From: Octopus sinensis
Taxonomy: Eukaryota
Assembly: GCF_006345805.1 (NCBI RefSeq)
Contig: NC_043003.1
Span: forward strand, 24,304,001-24,368,000
DNA: 64,000 nt
Direction of reading: 5' to 3'
Under the pieces are notes generated by a model that saw only the letters and a program-made list of their open reading frames with translations, made no database searches and was not told the origin of the DNA. Made by a program: the position numbers and the translations under genes. Of this stretch, positions 1 to 12,209 are shown piece by piece (within the stretch, counting starts at the first letter, position 1; every line of letters starts with the position of its first letter).

Positions 1-99
1 ATAATAGTAATAATAATAATAATAATAATAGTAATAATAATAATAATAATAATAATAGTAATATAAAATAATAATAATATAATAGTAATAATAATAATA

Positions 100-130
<31 letters not shown>

Positions 131-231
131 TAGTAATAATAATAATAATAGTAATAATAATAATAATAAGTAAATAATAATAATATATAATAATAATAAT
201 AATAATATATAATAATAGTAATAAATAATAT

Positions 232-273
<42 letters not shown>

Positions 274-592
274 GTAATAATAATAATAAAAAAATATAAT
301 AATAATGATAATAATGTTGTTATTGTTATCGTCATCGTCGTTGGCATCATTCTCAACAGCAAAATCATCGTCCTCATCGTCATCATAATCACCATCATCA
401 TTATTATTTTTTATGGTTTTTGTTATTGTTGTTGTTGTTGTTGTTGTCGTCGTTGTTACTGTTCGGGGCGTGTTGCTGACGTAAAGTTCTTAAGAATATT
501 TATATAATAAGGATTATTACGAGTACAATAAGCAGTTGGCAAGAAAAGTGGAAGCAGAAAATAATAATGATAATAATAACAACAACAACAAC

Positions 593-651
<59 letters not shown>

Positions 652-883
652 AATAACAACGATAACAGCAACAACAAAAATAATAACAATAATAATAAAA
701 ACAATAATGATTATAACAGCTACAGCAGCAACAATAATAATAATAATAACAATAATAATAACGACAATAATAATAATAATAATAATAACAACAACAACAA
801 TAATAATAATAATAATAATAATAATACAGTAACAACAGCAGCAACAGCAACAACGACAATAATAATAATAATAGTAATACAGT

Positions 884-916
<33 letters not shown>

Positions 917-934
917 AATAATAATAATAATAAA

Positions 935-965
<31 letters not shown>

Positions 966-1083
966 AAGAAGAAGAAGAAGAAAGAAGAAGAAGAAGAAGA
1001 AGAAAAACATCAATAAAAACAATAATAATTATAACAGCTACAGCAGGAACAATAATAATAATAATAACAATAATAATAACGAC

Positions 1084-1123
<40 letters not shown>

Positions 1124-1155
1124 GTAATACAGTAACAACAACAACAACAACAATA

Positions 1156-1230
<75 letters not shown>

Positions 1231-1345
1231 TAATAATAATATCAATTAAAACAACAATAATAATAATAATAATATTAATAATAATGATGATGATGATACA
1301 ATAACAACAACAGCTATAGCAATAACCCTATAACAATGATAAAAT
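1..1345. repeat. Compound trinucleotide microsatellite (AAT)n/(AAC)n/(GAA)n
   Basis: Direct tandem triplets; the poly-L/Y/I/N ORFs here are artefacts. Confidence 0.97.
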
Positions 1346-1464
1346 ATAAACGAAGTTATCTGCTTATCTGCATGCAGGTTCTGAAGTATTCGTCAATCAT
1401 TTTCTAAAGTACGACTTTATTGTTTTCAATGGCTTTCGTTTCAAAATTCTCGTTATATGTTCGC

Positions 1465-1742
1465 TCTCTTTTTTCTCTCTCCCGTTCTCCTCTCTCTCTC
1501 TCTCACTCCCTCTCTCTCATTCGCTCTCTCTCACACTTTCTGTCTATATATGCGTGTGTGTATGTGTGTCTGTATGTGTCTGTCTGTGTGTGTGCGCGCA
1601 CACGCGTGTGTATATGTATATACACATGTTTATATATATGTATATATATATATATATGTATGTATATGTGTATATATATATATGTATATATATATATACA
1701 TATACGTATATATACATATATATATGTATATATATGTATATA

Positions 1743-1775
<33 letters not shown>

Positions 1776-2076
1776 GTATATATATATATACATGTATATA
1801 TGCGGAGATATAGATATATATGTGGGTGTGTATATATGTATACATATATATGTGTGTGTGTGTGTATCACTTTCTCTCTGGCTTCCTAATGTCTCTCTTC
1901 CTCTCTCTCTCTCTATCTCTCTCTCTCTCTCTCTCTCGATATATATATATATATATATATTTATATACTATATCATTCACTCTTTTTTACCTTTCTCAGT
2001 ATCTATCAGTCTCTCTCTTTCCCTTTGTCTCATCCTTCTACTTCTCTCTATTTTCTTCCCCTTTCCCTCTCTCTAC

Positions 2077-2135
<59 letters not shown>
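1465..2135. repeat. Compound (CT)n/(TG)n/(TA)n/(CTAT)n microsatellites
   Basis: Visible tandem di- and tetranucleotide tracts. Confidence 0.95.
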
Positions 2136-2388
2136 GCCATCTCCATTATTTAATCTTTCCTCCTTGCATCTCTCCTTATTTCTTGCCTATTGTATATGCC
2201 ATGATATTTGTTTCGTCTTGTTTTCCCTTATATTCTTCAGAGCTCTTTCAAACCACCTTTTGCTTTCATTTTCTGTTACCGTTGCTTCCACCCTGCCACG
2301 CTGCCATTCTGCTTACAATAAAATCTATGACTTTAAAAGGAGTTCCTTATCATCATGGATAATGACTCTGATACTGATCGAGTTGAAT

Positions 2389-2425
<37 letters not shown>

Positions 2426-2520
2426 CAGCAGCAGCTATCGTCGTTGTAGTACGACTTGTAGTAATGCTGGTAGTGCTGGTTGTGTTGATACTAGTAGTAG
2501 TAGTCGTAGAGTTGGTATTG

Positions 2521-2568
<48 letters not shown>

Positions 2569-2569
2569 T

Positions 2570-2605
<36 letters not shown>

Positions 2606-2815
2606 TAGTACTAGTAGTAGTAGTAGTAGTAACAGTAGCAGTAGTGGTAGTGGTGGTGGTGGCGGTGGTAGTGGTACTTTATTCTTCTTTCTTTACCATC
2701 CTCTCCCCACCTATCTCTCTCCCCTTTTGCTTTGCCTTAGTGATGTTTATGGTGATGGTGATGATGAGTTTCGATGATGACAATGACAACGTCGAGGACG
2801 ACGATGATGATGATA
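2389..2815. repeat. (GTA)n/(GCA)n/(GAT)n microsatellite
   Basis: Tandem triplets give the poly-V/poly-S ORFs. Confidence 0.93.
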
Positions 2816-2822
2816 GGATACA

Positions 2823-3487
2823 CAGGCGCAAGAATGGCTGTGTGGCAAGTAGCTTCCTCACTAGCCACATATTTCCGGGTTCAGTCCCATTGCGTGGGAC
2901 CTTCATCATCATCATTGTTCGATCGTGGTCGAGACAATGGAATTTACTATGCTACGCCAGACTTCACGGTCCATCATAGCATTACGGAGGTCCTGTTGCT
3001 GGATGCCCGTATCCCTGGAGATTACATCAGGGTAGGAGAGTGTGCGCCCTCTGGTATCGCGAGTAGATGGCCTCCAGAGGAGAAGAGTAGAGATTGCCTT
3101 GTTTTCAGCTCTACAAAAATGTCCAGCAAACTGGACTCTCCTTGAACCTTGGGAAAGTGTCTTCTGCTATAGCCTCGGGCCAACCAAAGCCTTCTGTGTG
3201 GATTTAGTAGACGGAAACTAAAAGAAGCCTACCGTATATATGTACGTGTATATATATATATATATATGTGTGTATGTGTGTGTGTGTGTGTTTGTGTTTG
3301 TCCCCCACCCCCGCCATCGCTTCACAATTGATGTTGCTGTGTTTACGTCCCCATGACCTAGCGGTTCTGCAAAAGACACCGAAAGAATAAGTACTAGGCT
3401 TACAAAGAATAAGTCCTCTGGTCGATTTGGTCGACTAAAGGCGGTACTCCAGCATGACCGCAGTCAAATGACTGAAACAAATAAAAT
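2823..3487 (+). mobile_element. tRNA-derived SINE family A with internal (TA)n(TG)n, interrupted by a LINE fragment
   Basis: A-box-like TGGCTGTGTGG, B-box-like GGTTCAGTCCC, body ggcc(g)accaaagcc...gtagacggaaact and 3' end cagcatg..cagtcaaatgactgaaacaa. Homologous to copies at 14957, 18262, 31570, 50355 and 63143. Confidence 0.9.
2904..3145 (-). mobile_element. 5'-truncated RTE-type LINE 3' end
   Basis: Minus-strand translation RRVQFAGH...LLLWRPSTRDTRGRTLSYPDVISRDTGIQQQDLRNAMMDREVWRSIVNSIVSTTIEQ* resembles RTE ORF C-termini. It has a (TGA)n tail and ACCTT duplicated at 2899-2903 and 3146-3150. Confidence 0.8.
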
Positions 3488-3514
3488 ATAAATGATAAAA
3501 TTTAGACAGACACA

Positions 3515-3532
3515 TTGATAGATAGATAGATT

Positions 3533-3630
<98 letters not shown>

Positions 3631-3755
3631 AAGGTATATACATATGTCCATACAACATACATGCATGCATATATTTATACACACATACATAAACACACTG
3701 ATGTATACACATATACATCCATCCATTTATTCAGACATATATACATAAATACAGC

Positions 3756-3829
<74 letters not shown>

Positions 3830-3970
3830 TCATACATGCATACACCAGCATACGGACGTATATTCATACTTACATTCATACTTACACATATATACATACA
3901 TACACACATACAGCCACACATACACTGACACACACACATATATACATACATCCAAGCATACATACATACA

Positions 3971-4004
<34 letters not shown>

Positions 4005-4126
4005 CACACATAAATACATACATACATACATGCATACAAAGATTCATACATACAAACATACATACATACATACATACATACATACATACATGCATGCATA
4101 CAAACATTCATACAAACAAACATACA

Positions 4127-4160
<34 letters not shown>

Positions 4161-4255
4161 CATACATACATACATACATACATACATACATACATACATA
4201 CATACATACATACATACATACATACATACATACATACATACATACATACACATGC
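3515..4255. repeat. (GATA)n followed by (CATA)n/(CA)n microsatellites
   Basis: Visible tandem repeats. Confidence 0.96.
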
Positions 4256-4519
4256 ATATATCTCCATTCAGCAATACAGATGTTTGACAATAAATCCAAT
4301 TATCTCTAGAAGTGGTGTAAGAGTCCTCTACAGAGTCCTGTATGAGGACACCGTGAATGAACCAGCATATGGCACATTGTACCAGAAAATCCTATTTAAT
4401 CAATGGCATAAATAGCTGACCCTTTAAACTCAATACATTACGTACGTAATTGTAAATAATCGACCTCCTTAGACTTTTATGATATGTACGTAATAATGTT
4501 TAATAGTAATTGTAGTAAT

Positions 4520-4900
4520 GATTGGCAGTATCGTTAGTGTGCCGGTCAAAATGTTTAGAGCCATTTCTTCCGGTACTTTAAAGCCTGAGTTCAAATTCTC
4601 TCGAGGACGACTTTGCCGTGCCTCTTTTAGGAGTAGATAAAATAGCTGCAAGTTGAACTGTGATCGGTATAATCGACGGGCTCCCTCCCACGAAAAGTTT
4701 CATTAAGGCAGATTCGGTAGCGCACCTGGCAAAATGCTTAGCGGCATTTTGTCCGTCTTTACAATTTCTGAGTTCAAATTCTTCCGAGGTCAATTATGGC
4801 TCTCCATCCTTTCGGGATAGATAAATTAAGTAGCAGTACAGCTGTTGATGTGATCGGCTGTCTCCCTCCACAAAAAATCAGGCCTTGTGCCTATAGTAGA
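4520..4900 (+). mobile_element. Two tandem diverged copies of SINE family B (about 4520-4700 and 4708-4900)
   Basis: Both carry ctgagttcaaatt..cgagg.cgactttgcc...catccttt.ggg...gataaa, shared with the copies at 40085 and 60678. Confidence 0.8.
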
Positions 4901-4971
<71 letters not shown>

Positions 4972-5446
4972 CATCATCATCATAGGGTAAGAGAGCAGCG
5001 CATGCCCTCAAAGTGGCACTGGAGGCAAATATACGAAGCCTTCTAATAAGGGTATACCAGGTACATTCATCTCAACTATATGTGCGCAACATAGTAATCT
5101 TATATCAAGATAAACAACGGATGACCTTGCAAGTGGGGACAGTTAAACATTTCTCCCGGTTGAGTAGCCCATCTCGCTCAAAAAGTCTTTGAATAAGGTT
5201 TCTTTAAGGATGATGAACAAAACATCCATGTTTCCAGAAGTGAATTATTCAAACCTCAAAGAATTCCTCTCAACACATGGTTATGATGATCCCCCACTAC
5301 TTCTGCTCGTGATCAGAGATTCATATATCGTCAGCCACTAAGGAAAATGCTCAACTGGTTAAGGTGAAGCAATTGACAAGCAAATCTGTGGTATGGAGCA
5401 GAATATTTGCTGAGACCAATATTTTATACCAGGACTAAATAATGTA

Positions 5447-5565
5447 GGGCTTTGGTCGGCACGAGGCTACAGTAAAAGGCACTTGCCCATGGTACCACTC
5501 AGCGGGACTGAACCCGGAACCATGTGGTTGGAATGCAAGCCTCTTACCATAGAGTCAAACCTGCG
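5447..5565 (-). mobile_element. SINE family A 5' fragment
   Basis: ggctttggtcggc...cacttgccc...gggactgaacccggaaccatgtggtt matches family A. Confidence 0.8.
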
Positions 5566-5659
5566 GCAAGTTTTCTTTGAATATTTCCTCACTTCTTTCC
5601 TTTTTCTTTTTTTTTTTTAGAAATTGGTCATGTAGGGGGTTTTTCCTAGCATCATTTTA

Positions 5660-6150
5660 TCATGGTCTTCTACAGATCCAGTTTAAGCTAAATATTTATC
5701 GCTCGCAACATTTCCAATATTGTTTCATTGTCAATTCAAGCGTTGCCGTGTTTTTTTTTTTATTATTTGTAGGCATCTTTGAAGAAAGAAGATTATTTAC
5801 TCTTTTGCTCGTGATCTGCAGCTACTTTTGTGAGATTTTCATTATTTTTTTACCAAATATTACTGTAGTAGTACATGGATATTTTATAATAATTTTCTAC
5901 TTGCATAAAGGTACTACGTCACCGTAATCCGCAGAAAATATAATCTTTCCATGTCAGATTTTGGGTGGTGTACTCTTAATGCCGTGATTACTTTTCTCGA
6001 TTTTCTATCTAGTCTCGCAAATTCGATTAGATAGCAATTGATAATATCATAAATATAACTTAATACAAAGACAGCTAGAGCATCGATGCCTATTAACTTA
6101 TTTATGCATTTCACTCGAAGTATTAATCTGAACTATACCGTTTTTTGTCA
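5660..6150 (-). mobile_element. R4/Dong-like (REL-clade) LINE RT-thumb fragment
   Basis: ORF 5914-6114 ...IDALAVFVLSYIYDIIN...RLDRKSRKVITALRVHHPKSDMERLY matches the post-RT region typical of R4/Dong-type elements. The left boundary is approximate. Confidence 0.7.
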
Positions 6151-6162
6151 TTATTATTCTTA

Positions 6163-6216
<54 letters not shown>

Positions 6217-6217
6217 G

Positions 6218-6470
6218 GGTCTGAAAGTTTACCACACCATAGTCGGTTACACCATGGTTCCTCTGACTTGTGGCAAAAGTTGAAAGAAAGAGTGACAGGA
6301 AGGGGTGGTGAAAGAGTACAGTAGGGTTCACTCCCCCCACCCACCGGATCATCGTGGAGCTTAGATGTTTTTGCTCAATAAACACTCACAATGCCCGGTC
6401 TGGGAATCGAAACGGTGTTCTTACGACCGCGAGTCCGCTGCCTTAAGCACTGGGCCATTGCACATCCACT
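6218..6470 (-). mobile_element. tRNA-derived SINE family D with (AAT)n tail
   Basis: Reverse complement begins gtggatgtgcaatggcccagtgcttaaggcagcggactcgcggtc...gtttcgattcccagacc (A/B boxes) and ends in (AAT)n at 6165-6217. Confidence 0.7.
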
Positions 6471-6879
6471 TGTTGCAGTTGTTGCTGTCGTTTGTTTTGC
6501 TGGACTAATTGCCATTACTTTCGTTGGCGTTATGATCATGATCATCAAAATCATATCCATCATCATCATCATCATCATTATGGTAGTCGTAATCGTTGTC
6601 GTGATCTTGGTCGTGGTCGTGGTAGTGGTAGCGTTGATGGCGGTCGTCGTTGTCACCCTGTCTATATTATCTCTCTCCCTGTCACGTCTGTATAATACTT
6701 CACACAGCAATATAAAGCACTGTGTGATCTCTAGATGTGCAGGCTGACAAAACAGAATCCTTTGATACTTAATTCGTCAAAAGCATCCAGTGTCTGTGTC
6801 TAGCTCTTTCTGAAATCGCTTCAGCAAGTAATTTGTTCGCTGTGCGGATTTCGTAGAGGAAATGCCATTAAGACGGCAA

Positions 6880-7200
6880 GTGTACACATATACACTTAGG
6901 CAAATACGTATACAGGCATATACGCATAAATACACAAATATGCACATACATACATGCATACGTGCATACATATATACATACATATATACATACGTACACA
7001 CACACATTTATACATACATATATAAATAATTATATAAGTGTATGTGTATATATATATATATATAATATATATATATATAATATATATATATATATACATA
7101 CATATATACATACATATATACATACATATATAAATAATTATATAAGTGTATGTGTATATATATATATACATAAACATAATCATGTGTGCGCGTATACGTG

Positions 7201-7233
<33 letters not shown>

Positions 7234-7513
7234 ATAAGTATATATATATACCTCGATCTTTTCAAGTCGTTTCTGTCTATATGTGTAGGTGCAGGTATTT
7301 GTGTATAGATTGGTGTGTGCTTGCGTGCGGCGTGTGGCTGGTGCACCTCGGATGGCGGTCGTGGTAGGGGGGAGGGAATTGAGGATACAGAGTTTCCAAA
7401 TTTACTTCTGTTTATGATGTCTTTTAATCCTCCCCGTGTGCACATAATGAATACACACACGCATACACTCGCACACACACTTACACACACACAAACTCAT
7501 TCACAGACGCACA

Positions 7514-7557
<44 letters not shown>

Positions 7558-7988
7558 TATGTATGCACGTATTTATGTATGAATAGATATGTACATTTAA
7601 TTATATATAGATATATGTATATATATGTATGTATATATACGTATATATATGTATATACATATACCTATAAATATATATGTGTATGCGCGTGAGAGTGTCT
7701 GTGTGTGCGTATGCAAAAATGGACACGTGTAATATATATTATATACATGTATGTATATATATATATACATAAAAATATATATGTGTGTGTGTGTGCGTCT
7801 GCAAGAATGGAGAAGTGTAATACATATTTTATATATATTATATTTATATGTCAAAGTAGGATTGGTAAATGTATACATGCTTATATAATTTATTGTATAA
7901 ATATATATGTGCATATGTAGATACGTATATCATATATAGATATATATGTATGAATATACATATATATATATACATACATACGTATGTA

Positions 7989-8080
<92 letters not shown>

Positions 8081-8300
8081 CACCCATCCACACACACATG
8101 TACGCATGTAATAGAAGTTATACAAATATACCTGCTTCTTTATTGAGTATTATTTATGTCGACGTTTAGTAATGCTTGTTTAAACATTCATTTGCATATA
8201 TGTGCACTCGCGTGTACTCGCATACGCACGCACAAACACATATACACATACACTGTATGCGTATCTATGTGTGTGTGTATGTATACATGCATGCTTATGC
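6880..8300. repeat. Degenerate (TA)n/(CATA)n/(TG)n microsatellite field
   Basis: Visible low-complexity tracts. Confidence 0.9.
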
Positions 8301-8699
8301 ATATGCATGAATAATCCCACGTTCTAGTTGTAATAGAAAATTAAGTATTGTCGTTTATAAAATTGTTATATGCAGATTATTTTTCTTGTTACTTAAGCTA
8401 GTTTATCGTAACTTAAAGGATTTATAGATGTCGGAATCATTTCCCTCGTAGATCAACATTTATGAAACACTAATACATTTAGAATGGCAAAATCTAGCTA
8501 CGACATATAGTATGCTTCCACTTAAGCAGAAATCAGATAAATCTGCATGGAATAAACATTTAAACTACCTGTATAAGGAAAATATATGAATAAAGAAGCA
8601 GAATTGTTATTTAAACATATACATAAATTCTGTACATATATATATGTATATATATCCATATGAATATATATTCATCAGGAGTCGTTTTTATTACTTTTG

Positions 8700-10400
8700 T
8701 TATTCTCTGATAAATGTAGTTACAAGCCTGTAATCACGGCTTTTATAAAGAAGCTGTAGATATCATAATGGTTTTTGTTTCAACTCTTGCTAGAAGCTGA
8801 ATTCAATAGAGATTTCAATGCTCTTTAGTTTTATAATAACTGTTATTATTGAAGAATGTGGGAGAACTTTGAGTATCTTGTCTCTGAGAAACCATCCAAA
8901 ATGCTTTTGTTGAGATCTTCAAAAGATGTCTAATGAACTGATAAAGAAAACGTCTTGGTGAAAGAGGGATTTTCGGGGTCAAAGCAGACAAGAACAGTTT
9001 CGAGTAGTCCTGTCAAGGAGTACCATAAGGCGGGGAAAAGCAAATTACCAGGCCTGCTTATGTTAAGCTTTGGTAAATTACTCATTTCTTTACAGCCTAT
9101 CTAGTTGGCCATACGTAGAATAGGTTTATAAATACACGTAGCCTGGTGTGTTTTTGAATGCGAGGCCACTTGCTTGGCAACCTCACGTTGCTAACCAGAA
9201 ATATACTACTTTCTGTCAATAAAACAAGGATTTCTGTGACACTATCATTCGCAAAATTCTTCGGCGGCAGCAAATCGCAAGCAATTTTTGGTCGGTCTGA
9301 ATTGGGGAGGGAGCTGGATGGCAGAGTTGTTTCGAAAAGTTTTCGATCACGAGGTACAGTACATCATCCATTCTTTGGACAATACGTCGCTGGTGGTGTA
9401 CATGAGAATCAATAAAACCAGTGGCGAGTCTACGACCAGTGCAGATAAACCAGTATTCTTCAGAAAATATTTTTGTAATATTTCGCTATTGGAAAACTGG
9501 GAGACCGTTTGAGGTAGATGCTGAAATTCTATAAGGTTATCTATAAGTCATCTGAATCGTGTGTCGACAGTGTGATTTTTAGTCACAAGTAGGAGCTCCA
9601 CGATTTCAACAGGCGAACTACACAGAACTAGATTTGCAATCTACACGTTCGACAGTGATAAGAAACACAGACTGGGATCTGAAGACGCAAAGTTAAACGC
9701 ATACTTCTCTGCGGTCTTCGCTTACAATGACTAGATTTGCGAATTCTTCAGCGGCAGTTGACAGATTGTAAGTACCTGATGATGGAGTGCCCTAAAGGTT
9801 TGAGTTGAATTTAAGTAGTATGGAAGGAATAAAATTACAATGGCGGGGACTTTGTGACGACTACAATAGATGATCAGAAAACATTTGCAAGAGATGAGAA
9901 TGTGCTTCGACCATTTCTTCAACGCAAAACACGATGATGCGTCAGATCTATGGGTGTGCTCTGAAACACGAGCAGATGAAAGCCCTTCAATAGGAACGAA
10001 TGGCACATTTGCAACGTGTAATCAAAGAGACAATTGAGAATATGCACTTGCAACTCGTTTTCAAGCAGATGTGTACGACTGCCCAACGGCTCATTTCTCA
10101 GGTTTCAGAGGGTAAGCGGCGGCAGCGTTAGACAAGAGACGGTAGTGAAGTTTAGTGCCTACCTTAACGGCTTCTCGTGGCTCACAACATACTAACCTAG
10201 AGGCTTCGAGAAACTTATAACAGTAGCTGAACTATGGCGAACGGTATGTGGTTGTGCGAGGAAAATATATCCAAGCTCGAATATTGCCCTAAGGACTATG
10301 CATAACCCTACCCGATTTGTTCATCGACATATTGGCTAAAGTCTACTCTAATTAAAATCACCTTAAAGAAATCCCAATCGGAAAAAGGTAATACTGAAGA
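8700..10400 (+). pseudogene. Candidate endogenous viral element: decayed nidovirus-like RdRp (nsp12-like) plus possible helicase ZBD start
   Basis: Cross-frame translation gives ETIQNAFVEIFKR (8888), motif F-like LVKEGFSGSKQTRTVSS (8955-9005), IGL*IHVAW (9120-9146), motif A-like DFCDTIIRKILR..IAS (9229), motif B-like TSGESTTSAD (9417-9446), KFYKVIYK (9524), motif C-like RFAIYTFDSDK (9630-9662), motif D-like AYFSAVFAYN (9699-9728) and motif E-like EFFS (9741-9752). Multiple stops and frameshifts; boundaries approximate. Confidence 0.7.
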
Positions 10401-10569
10401 GAAACGGGGCCAACAGTTTGTCAAGCGATTTCTTGTCTTCTATAGTAAACTTCTGTTCCCGCTGTTCGATATCTTTATTTTCGATAAGCTGGTGTTTTTG
10501 ACAAGAGAAAATAAGGTGTTAATCATCCACTTAATTCTTATGAAATCTCTCAGTTCCTTGGATGGAAAT

Positions 10570-10790
10570 GATGACTTCTTTCAGTGATACAGGGGTCACA
10601 AATTTAGCAGGGAGGGTATCATAGGTTATAATCGATTTCAGTACATGAATGGTACTTTATTGTATCGACCGCTAGAAGGATGAAAGACAGAGTTGACCTC
10701 ATCGAGATTTGAACTAGGAATGTAAAGGATCATAATTAAATACGCCAAAGCATTTTACCCGGCACTCTAACGATCCTGTCAATTCACTTC
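10570..10790 (-). mobile_element. SINE family B, diverged
   Basis: tggtacttta..tatcgacc...aaggatgaaagacagagttgacctc..cgagatttgaact is the reverse complement of the family B core. Confidence 0.75.
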
Positions 10791-11354
10791 CTTTGGATTG
10801 AAATAATAACAAATAATTATTCAAAGTCATTACCGAAGAGAATTTTAAAGCAAATTGTCCGCAGCGCATTATGTTTGGCTGGGTGCATGCATATGATTCT
10901 AATCATGCTATGGGAATAAAGGAGCGCGCTTTTCCGTTGCTTCCGGTAACGATTCGAACATTATTAAGATTTTCTGAAGCCTTTTCACGACAAGCATTTT
11001 GTTTTTCTTTTTCCATTCTTTCATTCTGTACCTGATCTTCAGTCTCTCAACAGCGCATCAGCAACATGTTTGGATTTTGGTCATGTGTTAGCGTTAATGG
11101 ACATTGTTGCTTCAGAAACTCTTAACATTTCAGTTGTGACTACTTGAGTGATTTGAAATAACTGAACCGACACTCACCGACATTCATTCATTTGTTATTT
11201 TCCTTTTTGTTTTTGTTTTTTTTTTTTTGCATTTAAGGGTTTGATTTGGATTTTGAATTAACTTCGTAAGTTCTAACAACAATCTTTCCCATGCGAACTT
11301 GTCAAAAGTTTTCAGAGCTTTCAGTAATTGTTTCCGATTATTTATCTAGCTCTG

Positions 11355-11480
11355 TTGTAAGAAGCTTCGTTCCTACCAGCCAAATTGTTTTAGGTCCATT
11401 CCGTCTGCGAGGCACCTAGGGCAAGTGTCTTCTTCTATAGCCCTGGCATGATTGTAGATTTGTGAGTGGATTTGGTAATT
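11355..11480 (+). mobile_element. SINE family A 5' fragment
   Basis: gcacctagggcaagtgtcttcttctatagcc...ttgtgagtggatttggta. Confidence 0.7.
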
Positions 11481-11654
11481 ATAACGCATCATCTTGGGGT
11501 ACAGATAATTATGATAAATCAAGAATTTATTTTGCATGGTGTTTGACATACATGTGCATATTATATACATGTGTGTGTGTGTGTGTGCGTGTATACATAC
11601 ACGCACACAGACACACACACACACAGACACACACACATATATATATATACATAC

Positions 11655-11750
<96 letters not shown>

Positions 11751-11757
11751 ATACATA

Positions 11758-12209
11758 TCTTTATATATATATATATATATATATAAAGCTGAAGATGTCT
11801 CTGTGTGTGTGGCAGGTTTGGTAGACTTCAACTAATACTATCTCCTCCAAGACCCTGCCGCGCAAGTTGACCAAAATTGAGAGTATGATAGATGGCTTGC
11901 TCTTTATTTCGTAGAAGAAAAACTTCAAATCGGACCATGTTAAGACCAAAAATTATTTACATCAAAAAGGTGCTTTTTTCTATTAAAATCCCTATATTTT
12001 ACAATTTTTTGACTGCTGTGTCGCCATTTTTCGGTGTATTTCAACCAAAAAATATTCACTTAAAGAAAATAACAAGCTACTTAATGCAAAATTTTTACTT
12101 TTCAAAAAAGATTGAAACTACGTAAAAACTTTGTTAACGCAACATCAAAGTCTGCCGTTTTAAGCGCAACTAAAAAACAAACTCGAGCAACGCCGGGCTA
12201 TACTTCTAG
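11758..12209 (+). mobile_element. Non-autonomous Helitron
   Basis: Starts TC after an A (atct ttatat..ataaagctg), ends with subterminal hairpin-like ctcgagcaacgccggg then CTAG followed by T. No TSD, as expected for Helitrons. Confidence 0.7.

Noticed and set aside
456-1245. Long ORFs of poly-L/Y/I/N
   Set aside because: Translations of (AAT)n-type microsatellites. The same applies to the YI/CV/HT/LSIY ORFs throughout the window.
9158-10006. ORFs 9158-9415, 9288-9512 and 9731-10006 as independent genes
   Set aside because: The first two are overlapping fragments of the frameshifted RdRp-like fossil; the third is its antisense shadow.
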